Shown here: positions 39,223-51,396 of the stretch, piece by piece
Layout: every line of letters begins with the position of its first letter
How positions within the stretch are numbered: position 1 is the first letter of the stretch
NCBI GenBank assembly: GCA_036785375.1
Contig: JAWMAR010000035.1
Span: 10,230,001-10,294,000 of the forward strand
Reading direction: 5' to 3'
Source: Leucoraja ocellata
Taxonomy: Eukaryota
Length of the DNA: 64,000 bases
The notes under the pieces: generated by a model
What the model was told of the DNA's origin: nothing
Database searches by the model: none
Seen by the model: the letters and a program-made list of their open reading frames with translations, nothing else
Position numbers and translations under genes: made by a program

Positions 39223-41719
39223 CTGATAATTAGAATATTTATTAAAAGATACCATAGTACACCCAGCATAGAAATCGATCATTTTACCTGAAAGGTTTAT
39301 GTCATCTTTTGCTCCAGATACACCTCTCCCCATTTGTTTACCAAAATGTAATTTTATTTTTTGTTCCTTCGTTTCATTTCATAAAACCATACAATGGTTA
39401 TGGTACTGAAGGAGGCCATACACCCCATTATGTTTAGACCTGCACTCTACCAGAGCAACTCTATACTAACTGGTCCTTTCTTCATCGCCTTTAAAAATGT
39501 TTCTTCATCTTTAATTCCCTCCCTCTCACAATGAACCTACCTCTACCAGATCTGCAGACAGTACATTCAGCACTACGCAAAAAATTGTTTTTTTCCTCAT
39601 TATTCAAATCCAGATTTTGTGCATGCCAGTGTACTTCAGTCCTTTAGATATAAAGACTAACAAACAGTTCATCTTTCTAGTTTGTCCTTTTCATTTCAAT
39701 GATCTCGATACATGAATCACCATCATTATGAGTCTCCACTCTTTCCATGTTTCACGAATTAGTACATTTTCTGAGGTAGCCATTTTGGAATGAATGAATT
39801 AATAAGTTTATTGGCCAAGTATTCACATACAAGGAATTTGCCTTGGTGCTCCACCCGCAAGTGACAACATGACATACAGTGACAGTTAGGAATGACATAT
39901 AAAACATTAAAAATGTCCTCGCCAAGTCAATAATTTGCACTCATTTCCATGAACTTTTTCTTTATCTAAAAGAGTCAAGTGAGATATTATCAACTGCATT
40001 CTAGAACCCAATAAAAATAAATCTATTGGCACCTGTTGCCTACTATTTTACTTTTTTGTGTGTATATACAAATTGGGCTTGTCACAAATGACCTGTCCTT
40101 TATAATTTCAAGATGGCTTTATCTAATCAGCGAAGAATTCATTCTTTAGTTGCAGTCTCCAGAATCTTCCTGACAGCAAATATTAGGCTGAATCATCTGT
40201 AATTCACTGGCCTTTCTATCCCTCCATTCTTGTAATGTAAAGTGATGTGTGCAATTTTCTGAGGTTGAGGAACCAATCTTAAATAAAGAAAGCCTTTAGT
40301 TATAATGTCTCCAATGTTGTCACCTTCCCATTTTAAACCTCTGGGATAGGAATCTGTCATTCTTTGATGCCATTGATATATTTTTTAATATAGTTATTTT
40401 TTTGCCAACTAATTTTGCCAAAATCCTGTCCCTAATATGACTTTTGTATCCTTGAGATGCCCAATGTGCTATTCACTTTGTCCAATACACATACTGACAA
40501 AAAGTACAATTTAAGATATCTGCTATTTCCTTATTATCATGTATAACATCAGTAACATTGGATTACCAAATCCAAATTTATTATTTATATCATATTTACT
40601 TTTTAGGGGGTGTAATGCTGGTGATCACAGATTTTCCCACAAAACTGTCGTGAAATTTTGTATTGATTTTGATTTTGTTTTCAAGCTTCTTGCTTTGTTT
40701 CCTTGTGTTATTAATGTCACCTCTCTGCTGTTATTTGTATTTCCGCCAATCAGCAAAATCTGTGATGGTTTTGCCTTTTTACATGCTTTTCCCTTTAGTT
40801 TTATGTGGTCCAATAAGTCTTTAATAATCATTATTTTTTTTAAACAAATGGTATGTGGTCCCTATAGGATTTAAATTAATTCCCAAGGTCATATTTTGAA
40901 CAGCTCCCACCAGCCTGTTACAGTACCAAGAACAGATACAGGCACGTGGTTGATTTATACTTTTTTGAAATGACGAGCTGTTCCTTTAATACCAAAGGTT
41001 GATTTACGCGTTCGTATTTCCAGAACATGCTCAAATTTAAGCCTGACAGCATAGTCGCATGTACGTTGAATTTACACATTTTTGAAATATGCACTACTTT
41101 TTTAGCACGTAACCCCTATGTAAAAAAACAATTTATTACAATTTTTTATCGACATTCTTTGTCTCATCACATGCAAATCAGGCCTTATACAGATCTTGAA
41201 TAGTACAGCAATCTGCAATTTACAAAATGGCACGCTTTAATATTCAGCAACTGAGGAAGAGAGCAGTTGATAGTGGGGTTACACCAAGCGAGCAGATGGG
41301 TTAATTCTTGATAAACCAAAACACTAGATTAACGAAAACATTCCTTTGGTCCATAAATGCTGCCTCACCCGCTGAGTTTCGCCAGCTTTTTTGTCTACCT
41401 TCGATTTTTGCAGCATCTGCATTTCTTTCTAAAACATTTGATCAATTGGTTACATGTAAAGTTCCATGTGTCATTACTGAGGTTTTAATGTAGCTGTGCA
41501 AGAAGGAACTGCAGATGCTGGTTTAAACTGAAGATAGACACAAAAAGCTGGAGTAACAGCTGAACAGGCAGCATCTCTCGAGTGAAGGAATGGGTGATGT
41601 TTCAGGTTGAGACCCTTCTTCAGACTGGTTAGGGATAAGCTGCTTTGCTTGACTCCCCTTCCAACACCGCATTAAACACAATCATATTAAGAGTACGCAA
41701 ATTCAATCACAAAACATAC

Positions 41720-41856
41720 CTGAACTTCAACTGCGATGAGAGGTAAACTTTTTCTATAATCTTTGCAGTCCTGGTAGACATACGGATTAACCAGTTGTTT
41801 GCAGTAAGGATCAAGATTGCAGGCTTGTGGTCTGATGGTTTGGGTAACATCTCACC
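41720..41856 (-). CDS. DCAF17: DCAF17 coding exon 4 (137 nt), GEMLPKPSDHKPAILILTANNWLIRMSTRTAKIIEKVYLSSQLKF(R)
   Basis: caag acceptor after a pyrimidine tract, gtatgt donor; matches LTAHNWLLRISA.TGKILEKIYL. Confidence 0.93.
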
Positions 41857-42428
41857 CTTGTGTGTAAAAGAAAAGTTTAAATTAGTTCATTTCTTGTCAA
41901 ATTTCATGTAAGGTTTAGCAAAAAATTCTGATATCAAACAACGTAATGACACATTTGTGCATTGTGCCGTGGCTGAAAACACAAAGTGTTGGAGTAACTC
42001 AGTGGGTCAAGCTGCATTTGTGGATGGAATGGACTGGGGATATTTCAGATCGGGACCCTTCTTCCTGACCAAATTGTCACTTACCCATGTTCTCCAGAGA
42101 TGCTGCCTGACCTGCTGAGTTATTCCAGCATATGTGGGGGTTTTTTTAACAGCACCTGCAATTCATTGTGTTTATAGTGTAGTAACAACTAGGTGATATT
42201 CTAATGATGTACAAGACGGAGAAGAAAGGGGAGATTGGGTAACAGGCAAAGAATAGTTTTAGTCAGTCATTAGTAATGATTTAAACTGCCTGGATCGCTT
42301 CCATCACTTAACACCTTCCTGTCGCTATACTATATGATGCATTGTGCTTATCTGTTTGACCAATGGTATAGAAAACCTTGGAAGAGTTCCTCTCAAAACT
42401 TCCCATAAATGCCATTAAGGATATAGTA

Positions 42429-42720
42429 TGGGTGGCACAGTGGTGCAACTGGTAAAGCTGGTGTCTCACAGCATCGGAGACCCGGATTCAATCCTGACCT
42501 CGGGTGCTGTTTGTGTGGAGTTTGCACTTTCTGCCTGTGACTGCGTCGGTTTCCTCCCACATTCCAAAGATGTGCATGTTTGTAGGATAATTGGCCTTTG
42601 CAAAATTGCCCCTAGTGCATAGGGAGTGGGATAACATAGAACTTGTGTAAATGGATGATCGATGTTCGGCGTGATCTCCGTGGGCTGAACGGCATGTTTT
42701 TTCCATGTTGTATCTCTACA
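42429..42720 (+). mobile_element. HE1-like V-SINE; further copies at ~22690-22862(-), 35330-35510(+), 35975-36320(+), 42985-43200(-), 43236-43520(+), 54100-54270(-), 56225-56462(-), 61078-61337(-)
   Basis: A/B-box-like head (tggcacagtgg...ggattcaatcc), conserved tgtgtggagtttgcac / ttcctcccaca core, CR1-type tail. Confidence 0.8.
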
Positions 42721-42863
42721 CACAACTAAAAAAAAATGGTGCCAGAAGTTGGCAGACTCCCTTACCTTTTTCTCAAATGGCATAACAGAATACTGAAAGT
42801 AAAGGTATTGATAGGTGTGCCTTCCATTAACTCTTTAATATTATAGATTTTATGTACACTTAC

Positions 42864-42954
42864 CACAGGTGACTCGCACAACAGTGCATCCTCAATCTTC
42901 TCAGACTTGTGGAGCTTGGGCAATTCATAAAGCAAGGTGGGCTGAGGTCCAGTG
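42864..42954 (-). CDS. DCAF17: DCAF17 coding exon 3 (91 nt), (S)TGPQPTLLYELPKLHKSEKIEDALLCESPV
   Basis: tttcag acceptor, gtaagt donor; conserved KSEKIEDALL. Confidence 0.95.
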
Positions 42955-43729
42955 CTGAAATTACAAACATTTAAAGAGTTAGTCATACAGAGCAGCAACA
43001 GGCCCTTTAATCAACTGATTCTGCACCAACAAACATAATTTACCCTAATCCTACACTAAACCCAGATTATTCTCTCACATTCCCATCACATTCTACCATG
43101 TGACTACACACTAGGGACAAATGACAATGACCAATTAACCTACCAAATCTCACATCTGTGGGATGTGGGAAAAACTGGAGCACCAGGGGGGAAACACATC
43201 AGCAGAGGGGGAATATGCGAATTTAACATGGATACAGGTGGCACAGTTGGTAGAACAGCACCAGAGACCCAGGTTCGATCCTTACATCGGATGCAGTCTG
43301 TAAAATTTGCACATTCTCCCCGTGAATACATGGGCTTCCTCTGAGTGCTCCCAATTCCTCTCACGCCCCAAAGACGCGTGTGTTTGTAAGTTAATGGGTC
43401 TCAGTAAATTACCCGAATATTCGTAGGGAATGGATGCAAAAGTGGGTTTACAACGAGTATGATTGGATGATTGATGGTCGCCGTGGACTCGATGGACCTG
43501 TTTCCATGCTGTATCTTTCAATCAATGTAATCAATCGATAGCATTGGAGGACAAAATGGAACCCACTTTGATAGACCTATGAGGTTACCAATCACTATTT
43601 GCATCTTGCATGTACATATCAGATATATATATATACCCATTATATATTGCAGATTTTAAGGTTTTATGATTATACAAAATAATATGATAAATTTTGCCCC
43701 TTTTGCCATATTTAATATATTTGACTTAC

Positions 43730-43833
43730 CTAATAAAACAACATCTATAATTGTCAAAATAAATCCTTCCTTTCTCATAAATCACTGGTGAATTTGATTG
43801 TTTTGTCCAAACTCTCTCAAAAGATGTGGTCTT
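43730..43833 (-). CDS. DCAF17: DCAF17 coding exon 2 (104 nt), KTTSFERVWTKQSNSPVIYEKGRIYFDNYRCCFI
   Basis: ttttcag acceptor, gtaagt donor; conserved YE.GRIYFDNYR. Confidence 0.95.
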
Positions 43834-43972
43834 CTGAAAAATGATAAAGTAATCCCTTTGATTCAATTTCCAAATAAGATTTCTAAGTTTCATTAAATGT
43901 ATCAGTATATGCAGCAACAGCTTGCATTCTAATCAACGTTATCCACATTCTGGCATTTACATTTAAATAAAA

Positions 43973-44275
43973 ATAAACAACTGGCAGATTATCAAACTAT
44001 TGTAGAAATTAATTGAAAATTTGTATTAAAGATCTTTAAAAAATCATGTTATTTATTCGAAAGTTTCATAGTACAATTTTTATTCAGTAACCCAATAATG
44101 GAAAGTGTTGGGTACCCTGTCAAACCAAGAATATAAAAAACAAAAAAATGGCAAATTATCACACTATCGTAGAAATTAAGTGCAAACTTGTAAGAAAGAG
44201 CTTTTAAAAATCATGTTATTTACTGTCAAGTTTCAATGGAAGGTTTTGGGTACCCAGTTATACCAAGAATATAAA
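43973..44275. repeat. Diverged local tandem duplication (~165 + ~138 bp)
   Basis: Both units share tggca.attatca.actat.gtagaaattaa, aaaaatcatgttattta and ttgggtaccc.gt.a.accaagaatataaa. Confidence 0.75.
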
Positions 44276-44602
44276 TGAGGACGAAGTTTTGGAAATTAGC
44301 AGCACAGATTACATAAAACTGAGTGATTCTGCTGTATACATGTAGTAGCTGAATGGAAGGATTTCTGAAGTTTGGACGGAATTTGTTTCAGTAACTTGGT
44401 GGCAAATTTGGTGATGTTTAATTATATAAATTTATTGTTTAAACGTTTATTAACTCTACTCATAATTTAAGCACTTTTATAAAATAACTCAATAATCTGG
44501 TCCTTTATGTGAAAATAATGTAAGCAGGGCACACATAAGATAAAAATTGACATTAACATTGCATGATTTACTTAGATTTGACACTGACTGACCGGAACTC
44601 AC

Positions 44603-44788
44603 CTGACATACTAACTGACAGAGGATGGTCAAGTTTTTTCTGTGAATGGAACCAACTTCATTTCCATACAAACCAAGAGATCTTGCGGTCAAAATGCAAT
44701 AGTTATTTATTTTCCTTAAACATGAAATGTTGGTTGATTTTCTCACACCGTGCATTTTTATTGATAATTTAATTGTTAAATTGTCCAT
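44603..44788 (-). CDS. DCAF17: DCAF17 first coding exon, MDNLTIKLSIKMHGVRKSTNISCLRKINNYCILTARSLGLYGNEVGSIHRKNLTILCQLVCQ
   Basis: Ends LVCQ|gtgagt; aligns to SRLSRRALG...QRTNLGILRALVCQ; upstream acceptor tttcttcag puts the exon start at 44807; the true start could be Met1 or Met12. Confidence 0.88.
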
Positions 44789-47298
44789 GCTTGTTTGCCT
44801 GAGGCTCCTGAAGAAACTTGAGATTACATTTTAGGAATTGTCGTATCTGACAATGGAAAAACAGGAAATCCAGTTGATCAGATCTGTGATTGTGATCAGA
44901 TTTTGTTTTTTAGTAAATATACCAAAATTATGATGGCAAGTCATTATTGTGCTAAATTTCAATTAAGAATTAACTTTACACTTCCACATTCCTATTAATC
45001 AATTAGTAAAATCATGAATAACATAATGTGCAAAGGTAATATTAAAACTGATCCTAAAATTAATTCCATCAATACAATCCCATTATTGCTGTATCAAAAG
45101 TGTGAATTTTCTTTGGATACAATAAAATAAAGTCAAGGTATAGAACCTTAAAAATATAGATACAAGGAACTGCTGGTTTACAAAAAAAGACGTAAAGTGC
45201 TTGAGTAACTCAGCACGTCAATTAGCATCCCTGGAGAACATGAATTGGTGATGTTTTGGGCCTTCGTGTGAAGAAAGGTCCTGACTCAAAACAACACCTA
45301 TCTGTGTTGTGCGAAAATACAACCTTCATTATAATGCCCACATTTATGGCAGGGAACTGTCTGCATTGTGTGAGTAATGTTAACTAATTAATCATGCTGG
45401 TGATTTTGCCCTTTATATGAGATAAAGGCATATTATTGAGAAGGTGCGGTTAATTATCATTATCTAAATAGAATTAGGTTACAGTTTATGCTAATCGTCA
45501 GCAGCAAAAATGGAATGAGGAGACGTAGGAATGTCAACCTGCAAGTTAACTTCTTGATTAAAACAGATGTTCTGACAGATTGCAGTACCTTCCAAAATCT
45601 ACCATCATTATCTCCCAGAATTAGCTGAAAATTTCAGCAAATGGCATCATAAATTCAGTTCAGAAAGAAGGAGGAAGTACAAAAGTATGTTTGTTATTAA
45701 AGGAAGCACTTGTACGTTGGCTTCATCAGAGAGATGTTTTTTGTCTGTGGTAACTTCTAACTGAAAAAAAATTATTTTACCAACCTTAAAAGCCATATTA
45801 TAATAAAAACAAGGCTGTATCTCAACAGGACACAAGGTGCTAGTGTAACTCAGCAGATCGTGCAGCATCCATGTTCTCCTGAGATGCTGCCAGTTCTTTG
45901 TGTCCTTTTGTGTATTAACAAGCATCTGCAGTTCTTTGTGCTACACTATCTCAACATTTCACTTCTTTGCACTTTGTGGATAGGAAACATTTCAAGGGAT
46001 ATGGGTAAAAGGCATCTTGGTTAGCATAGGCAAGATGGGCTGCAGGGCCTGTGACTGTGCTGTGTGATTCTATGGCTTGTCGTTGGTCTTCTGCACTGTT
46101 TTACTGAAATGCTGAGCATGCTGGAGCAATCCTAACTTTATGTTAGTGTTTTGCAGTGTTCTGGCCTAAAGGTTTGAAACTGTCAATGCCAGCATTGATG
46201 ATAGCTGTCAATTGCTCTCCGGCAGTAGTTTTGGAAGTCAGAGTTTTGAAAGTGAAGCCATCTTGAACTTTAAATGTGACACATAAACCTTTACAGGTCA
46301 ATTTAGATTTTCAAAAAAAAAAATTATGCACTGTATGCGTGTATTTCCTTCCACTTCCTGCACTTTCATTCCCATTTTCCTCATTCTGTACCCACAGTAT
46401 ATTCCAGTTCCAAGGCATTATATTCAAAATCAGTTTTCATGCATGCAATGGATGTGGGTAAATAAGATTAGCTTGCTTGGGCACCTTAGTTGGCATGCAC
46501 CAGTTGGGCCAAATAGCCTGTTTCTATGTTGCATGACTCGTTGATTAGTCTCTATTGTGTTTGATTGTTTGTGAGCATCATCAATATTTTCCTGGATAAA
46601 ATTAAATATAAAATGAAAGGGAAGATTATCTTTAGATTTTCCATTTTTGGTCTAAAACACTTAAGACCACTAAAAATGGCTATTTTCATTATGTCTTGCT
46701 CAAACTGCTATGGGAACTCAGCTGGTCCAGCAACATTTGCAGAGGGATCGGACAGACAACTGATATCTAAAAATGGGTCCTGACCTGAAGTGTTGCCTGT
46801 CTACTCCCTCCACAGATGCTGCCTGACCCACTGAGTTCCTCTAGCTCTTTGTGTTTTGTTAAAAATTTCAGCATCTGCAGTTCTTTGTGTCTCTGGGTAT
46901 CTTCATTGTTATTTTGTTACTTTATTAATGTGACAAGCTTGGGGAAAGATGGCTTTGTGTTTGAAGTTTCACCAGGTCTTGTATACAAGTTGTTTGCTTC
47001 CCCTTCTGTGAGATCAGAGAAATTGGCCTTCAGGCCCATTCAAGTGGTTTTACAGGTCATGCATATTAACACAAAGTGCTGGAGTAATGGTAGTTTCACT
47101 TGGCATTGTTCAGTATGGACCAAAGGGCACATTGTTCCTGTGCTGCACTATTCTATGTTCCAAAGGCCCTGATTTTTTTCAGCTCATGTTAAAGGAAGTA
47201 GGTTCTTCCTTCGTGCTGTACATTAGTCTCTGGTAAGAAAGTGGGATCGTAATCATAGGACCTAACTTACTGATATTTAGCAGCACAACAAATCTGAG

Positions 47299-48268
47299 CA
47301 GGGCTCGAAATTAGCGGTTACCCGGTTGCCAATGGCAACCTACAGTCCCGCTGCGCAACCTAAAAGCCATGTCATTTTGCCCGGCTTGGCAAGCACCCAG
47401 GATACCTATCGTTTAATTCTGAGCGGGCCCCCCTCTCTATCTTCTCTATCTCTCTCTGTCACTCTCCATCTCCGCCCGCTCCTCATCCACCAGCACGGCA
47501 GGCCGCCTTACACATGTGCACTGCCACGGCCTGCACATCCTCCCCCTCCACATGCGTACTGCCACGGCCAGCACCAAAGATCCTATAGCGAGGATCTTTG
47601 GCCAGCACATCATCAGTCGTGGTTGTGCGCATGTGCCGCCCTGCAGGGAGAACTCCATGGAGCAGCCAGCTTCTCTGGATAGAAGAAATTAGGTGAAGTT
47701 TCGGGTAGAAACCCTTCTTTAGATTTCCTCTGGTTTTAGTGTTTTTAGTTTAATTTAAAGATACAGCGTGGAAACAGGTTCTAGGGGGAGTTGAAGTGTT
47801 GAGCCACCAGGAGATCAGGTTGGTTATTGTGAACTGAGTGGAGGTGTTGTGCGAAGCGATCCCCAAGCCTGCACTTGGTCTCACTGAGGTTGATCATACG
47901 CTGAATAATCCAACCAGAATTTTGTTTGGAAGTGGAAAAAAATAATAGAAATTGCATTCATTGCAACATGTAAAAAGAGATGAGATACTGTATTATAATT
48001 TTGCTGCATGTCATTGGTGAATGTCATTGCATGTCATTGGTGAATGTCTTGATTGGTGAATATGTTTAGTTTGTGACTTTATTTGAAGCAGAAATAATAT
48101 GTGAATGCTTCATTGACCATAATTCTGACTGGTAACTACGCACTGAGCACATTATCGCACGTGTCATGCGAGCCGTCTTAAATGACCACCTAAACTGTCG
48201 TTTGGCAACCTAAAAAGCTGCTTAGGTTGCCCAGCTGGAACAGGGGAAAAAGTTAAGCGAGAGCCCTG
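47299..48268. mobile_element. Probable non-autonomous hAT-like element with nested fragments
   Basis: Termini CAGGGCTC / GAGCCCTG and subterminal ggcaacc/ggttgcc repeats at both ends; no clean TSD. Confidence 0.5.
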
Positions 48269-48599
48269 CTCACTGAGGCATGCATGTGAACACAAAGAAC
48301 TGCAGATGCTGGATTACTAGAAAAAGTCAGTGTTGGAGTAACGAAGTGGGTACAAAAAATGTTTATTTTTCTGTTGCATATCTTCTTCTGCTTCTGCTTG
48401 CTACTACACAACCGCCGACAGCTGGAATATCTCGTGCATATAGTGTGTGCCAAAGATCTTATGTGTGTGCTGTTCCCGCACAAGCCCACATCTAATCATC
48501 CGGCCTGACTTGTTTATATTATATACATGTACATAGCGGGGTGAATCTTTCGAAAATAAAATCGAATATGCGACATTGTAATTATCGGAGGCTGTGCAA

Positions 48600-49400
48600 T
48601 GGCCACCGCAGGAAAAGATCCTACTTGCATTAAGTAGTTGCCTCGGTGCTCCTTACGCCCGCCGTCCTGGGCGACAGCAACATCGACCCGGGACGTGAAT
48701 CGGTGGGTGCACGCGCCACCCGCACACGGCACTTGGTTCAAACCAAAGGTTCAAACGGCAGCACCAGGGCCTCGTGCCGCTCTGCCTGTCGGGAAGTGTA
48801 GTTTCTAATTGGCCCCGTCGTCGCTTCTCAGCCGGGCCGTTGCCGCGAAGCCTACCGGGAAGTGTAGTTTTACAGATCCGGCGCCGCAAAGCCGATCGGG
48901 AGATGTAGTTTACTATGAGGCCTGTGGGAAATGTAGTTCTTAACCGGCGCTGTCATCGTGGATTGAGGATTTTCTCTCGTCTCAGTGCAGCCGTGACCTC
49001 GTGTCCCGGCGTTTCTGCTGACCTTCCGTGTCTGCACGCTGAGTTTGCTGCGGGAACCGTGCTCTTGCTTGTTCCACTTTGCAGCTGGAAGTGGACGTAC
49101 GAAATGTCGGCGATCCCAACGAGCAGGAGGCAGGGGCCGGAGTCCCGAGGCATTGCTTTTACCTCGGGTTGCTCAGCTCAGCGCTGGTGTCCCCGGAGCG
49201 TAGGGTTAGTCTTATATGTTGCCTCGGCTACATGCTGCCGTCTCCTTAATGATTTAGGGTTTTGAAATATGATCAACTTTGCTTTTGGGATTGTGACGAA
49301 GATTGAGCAGAATATTTCCTGAAGGGTTCTGTCCCAGCATCCGGTTCCACACTCGCGGACCCGGGGGGGGGGGGGGGGGGGGGGGTCGTGGTCGTCAGTA
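48600..49400. promoter_or_regulatory. CpG-island bidirectional promoter shared by DCAF17 (-) and METTL8 (+)
   Basis: Non-repetitive CpG-rich island between the two divergent genes; four GGGA.(G/A)TGTAGTT motifs at 48791, 48857, 48898 and 48926. Confidence 0.85.
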
Positions 49401-49415
49401 ACTGTCAGTTCAGTG

Positions 49416-49533
49416 TTTAAGAGGGAACTGCAGATGCTGGAGAATCTGAAGAAGGGTTTCGGCCCGAAACGTTGCCTATTTCCTTCGCTCCATAGATGCT
49501 GCTGCACCCGCTGAGTTTCTCCAGCTTTTCTGT
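49416..49533 (+). mobile_element. 118-bp Penelope-derived hammerhead-bearing mini-element with an 18-bp TSD
   Basis: gtaactgtcagttcagtg at 49398-49415 and 49534-49551; the insert is an inverted 3' tip followed by CTGAAGAAGGGTTTCGGCCCGAAACGTT... Confidence 0.8.
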
Positions 49534-49556
49534 GTAACTGTCAGTTCAGTGGTCAG

Positions 49557-50721
49557 TTAACAGTGTATGCCGGAGGCTGCCATGTACTCCAGAAGAATTG
49601 AGCTGCTCCGTGCGTCACGCCCTTTGACCCGATGACCTTACGTGCAACCCCGTAAGGTCACTGGGTCATAGGGCTCGACGCACGGAGCCGCTAAATCCAA
49701 CTGGAAGCCATCCGGCACTTCCGGTATATGTTATTAATGCTAGAAACGCGTACATTCCTCCCTGTTAAAAACCGCCAAAATGTTGGATTTTTGCGCTGAA
49801 AAAAATTGTGGGAGTCGGGGTAAGTGTGAGAGACATGTACCCAACTTTAGAATTCCAAACGTGAAGCGAAATGAAGGGACTACAGCAGCTAAAGTGCTTG
49901 GTAAACATTGAAAATATTGGGAATAATCGCGTTTGCTCACTGCATTTCATCAAGTAAGGCATTATTTGTGGGGTTTTTTTTATTCCTTTGGTATCTAAAA
50001 ATTCTCAGAAGTGATAAATCTGGCTGTAAATATTTTTTCAGATGCGTTTTCATTTTGTATGTAAAAACCCACTTGAGAACCATGGACGATTAAAAAAATT
50101 ACAGCCAGATTTATCACTTCTGAAACTTTTTAGATGCCAAAGGAATCAAGAAAAAACACAAATAATACCTGTTGTTGAAATGCAGTGAGCAAACGGCCAA
50201 TGTTCACCAAGTACTCTGGCTGTTGTTGTCCCTTCAGCTCCCGCTTCTATCTATCGTCATTTCTCCTCGCTTTCGGAATTCTGAAGTAGGCTAAATGTCT
50301 CTCACGCTTATCCCGATTTCCATAATTATTTACAGCGCAAAAATGGACAATTTCAGCGGGTTTTAACAGGCCCGCTACGCTGGAAATAATGGTCAGTGCC
50401 TACCTGCAGTTCATCGTGTGTAATCCATTTGGAGTAGCGTAGCAACAGTACGGGTCAAGGGTCATGGGTCGTGACCCGACTGCCGTGAAACCTCCCTATT
50501 CTGCTTTCAAACATTGTTGAGGATCTTTGAGTTTTTGTAAATTTGCCCATCCATGATTATTGTTTGAAACAACCATCCAAAGAAAAGTAGCATTTAAATA
50601 GAGAAACGAGTAACAGAAAAATAATACCAGTCATCAGATAATATGGTATGAAATTAATGGGGGGGTTACACGTAAGGCAATCCTTTTGGAGGACATGGCA
50701 GCCTCCGGCATGCACTGTTTA
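49557..50721. mobile_element. Foldback/MITE-like element with terminal and long internal inverted repeats, unclassified
   Basis: ~44-bp outer IR (49557-49600 / 50678-50721) and ~280-bp inner IR (49761-50038 / 50091-50369). Confidence 0.7.
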
Positions 50722-51396
50722 CTCACGAAACACATACTTTCTTACCTGTTAAAAGACACCCAAATGGTTATTTTTTGCACTGGAAATGATTGTGGAAGGT
50801 GACTGAGCACTCTGAACCAAATGCTCTAGTATCTTTGCTCTGAACCCGAGCACCAAGGTGTAAGCGGCCGAAGGAGCGCATCCCTCAGGACAGCCCCCAC
50901 TCTCCCCCCCGGGGTCAGTGCTATCCAACCACAGTTGTCCTCCACTCCGTCTCCCCCTGTGCGGCCACACTGTCACGGGCTGTGGTGCCCACCGGCACCC
51001 TGACCTCCCGCCCCCAGTCAAGAGTGTTTTATTGTCATATGTTCCGAAATAGAACAATGGAATTCTTATTTCCTTACGTCGCCTATCAATGTTCTCCAGA
51101 TATATTACTGCAACACTTTGTTTTTTTTAATTACTAATACTACCAATGGGTCAACCAGGAATGTCAGTCAATGCTGACATTTTCAATGATAGACATCTTG
51201 CAAGCATGATTTTTTTAAATACTTGTATATTTTCCCCCTTTATGCTCTCCTGCCTAGTTTCACCTGCTTATTTATCGTGGCTGCTAAAATGTTTTTATGC
51301 TAGTTTCTCTCCCCATCCTTCATGCCATCTACTAATCCGTCATGCATCGTATTAGCAGCACAATGCTTGATTATAACCTTTGCATCTTGCACTTTT

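Noticed and set aside
41596-41630. Decayed hammerhead-like copies (also 5011, 53385-53410, 54995) as active ribozymes
   Set aside because: Substitutions in GAAA, stem II or the ACGT stem III make activity unlikely; counted only as family members
49362-49385. 24-nt poly-G run near the promoter
   Set aside because: Could form a G-quadruplex, but homopolymer length is unreliable and nothing else supports a function
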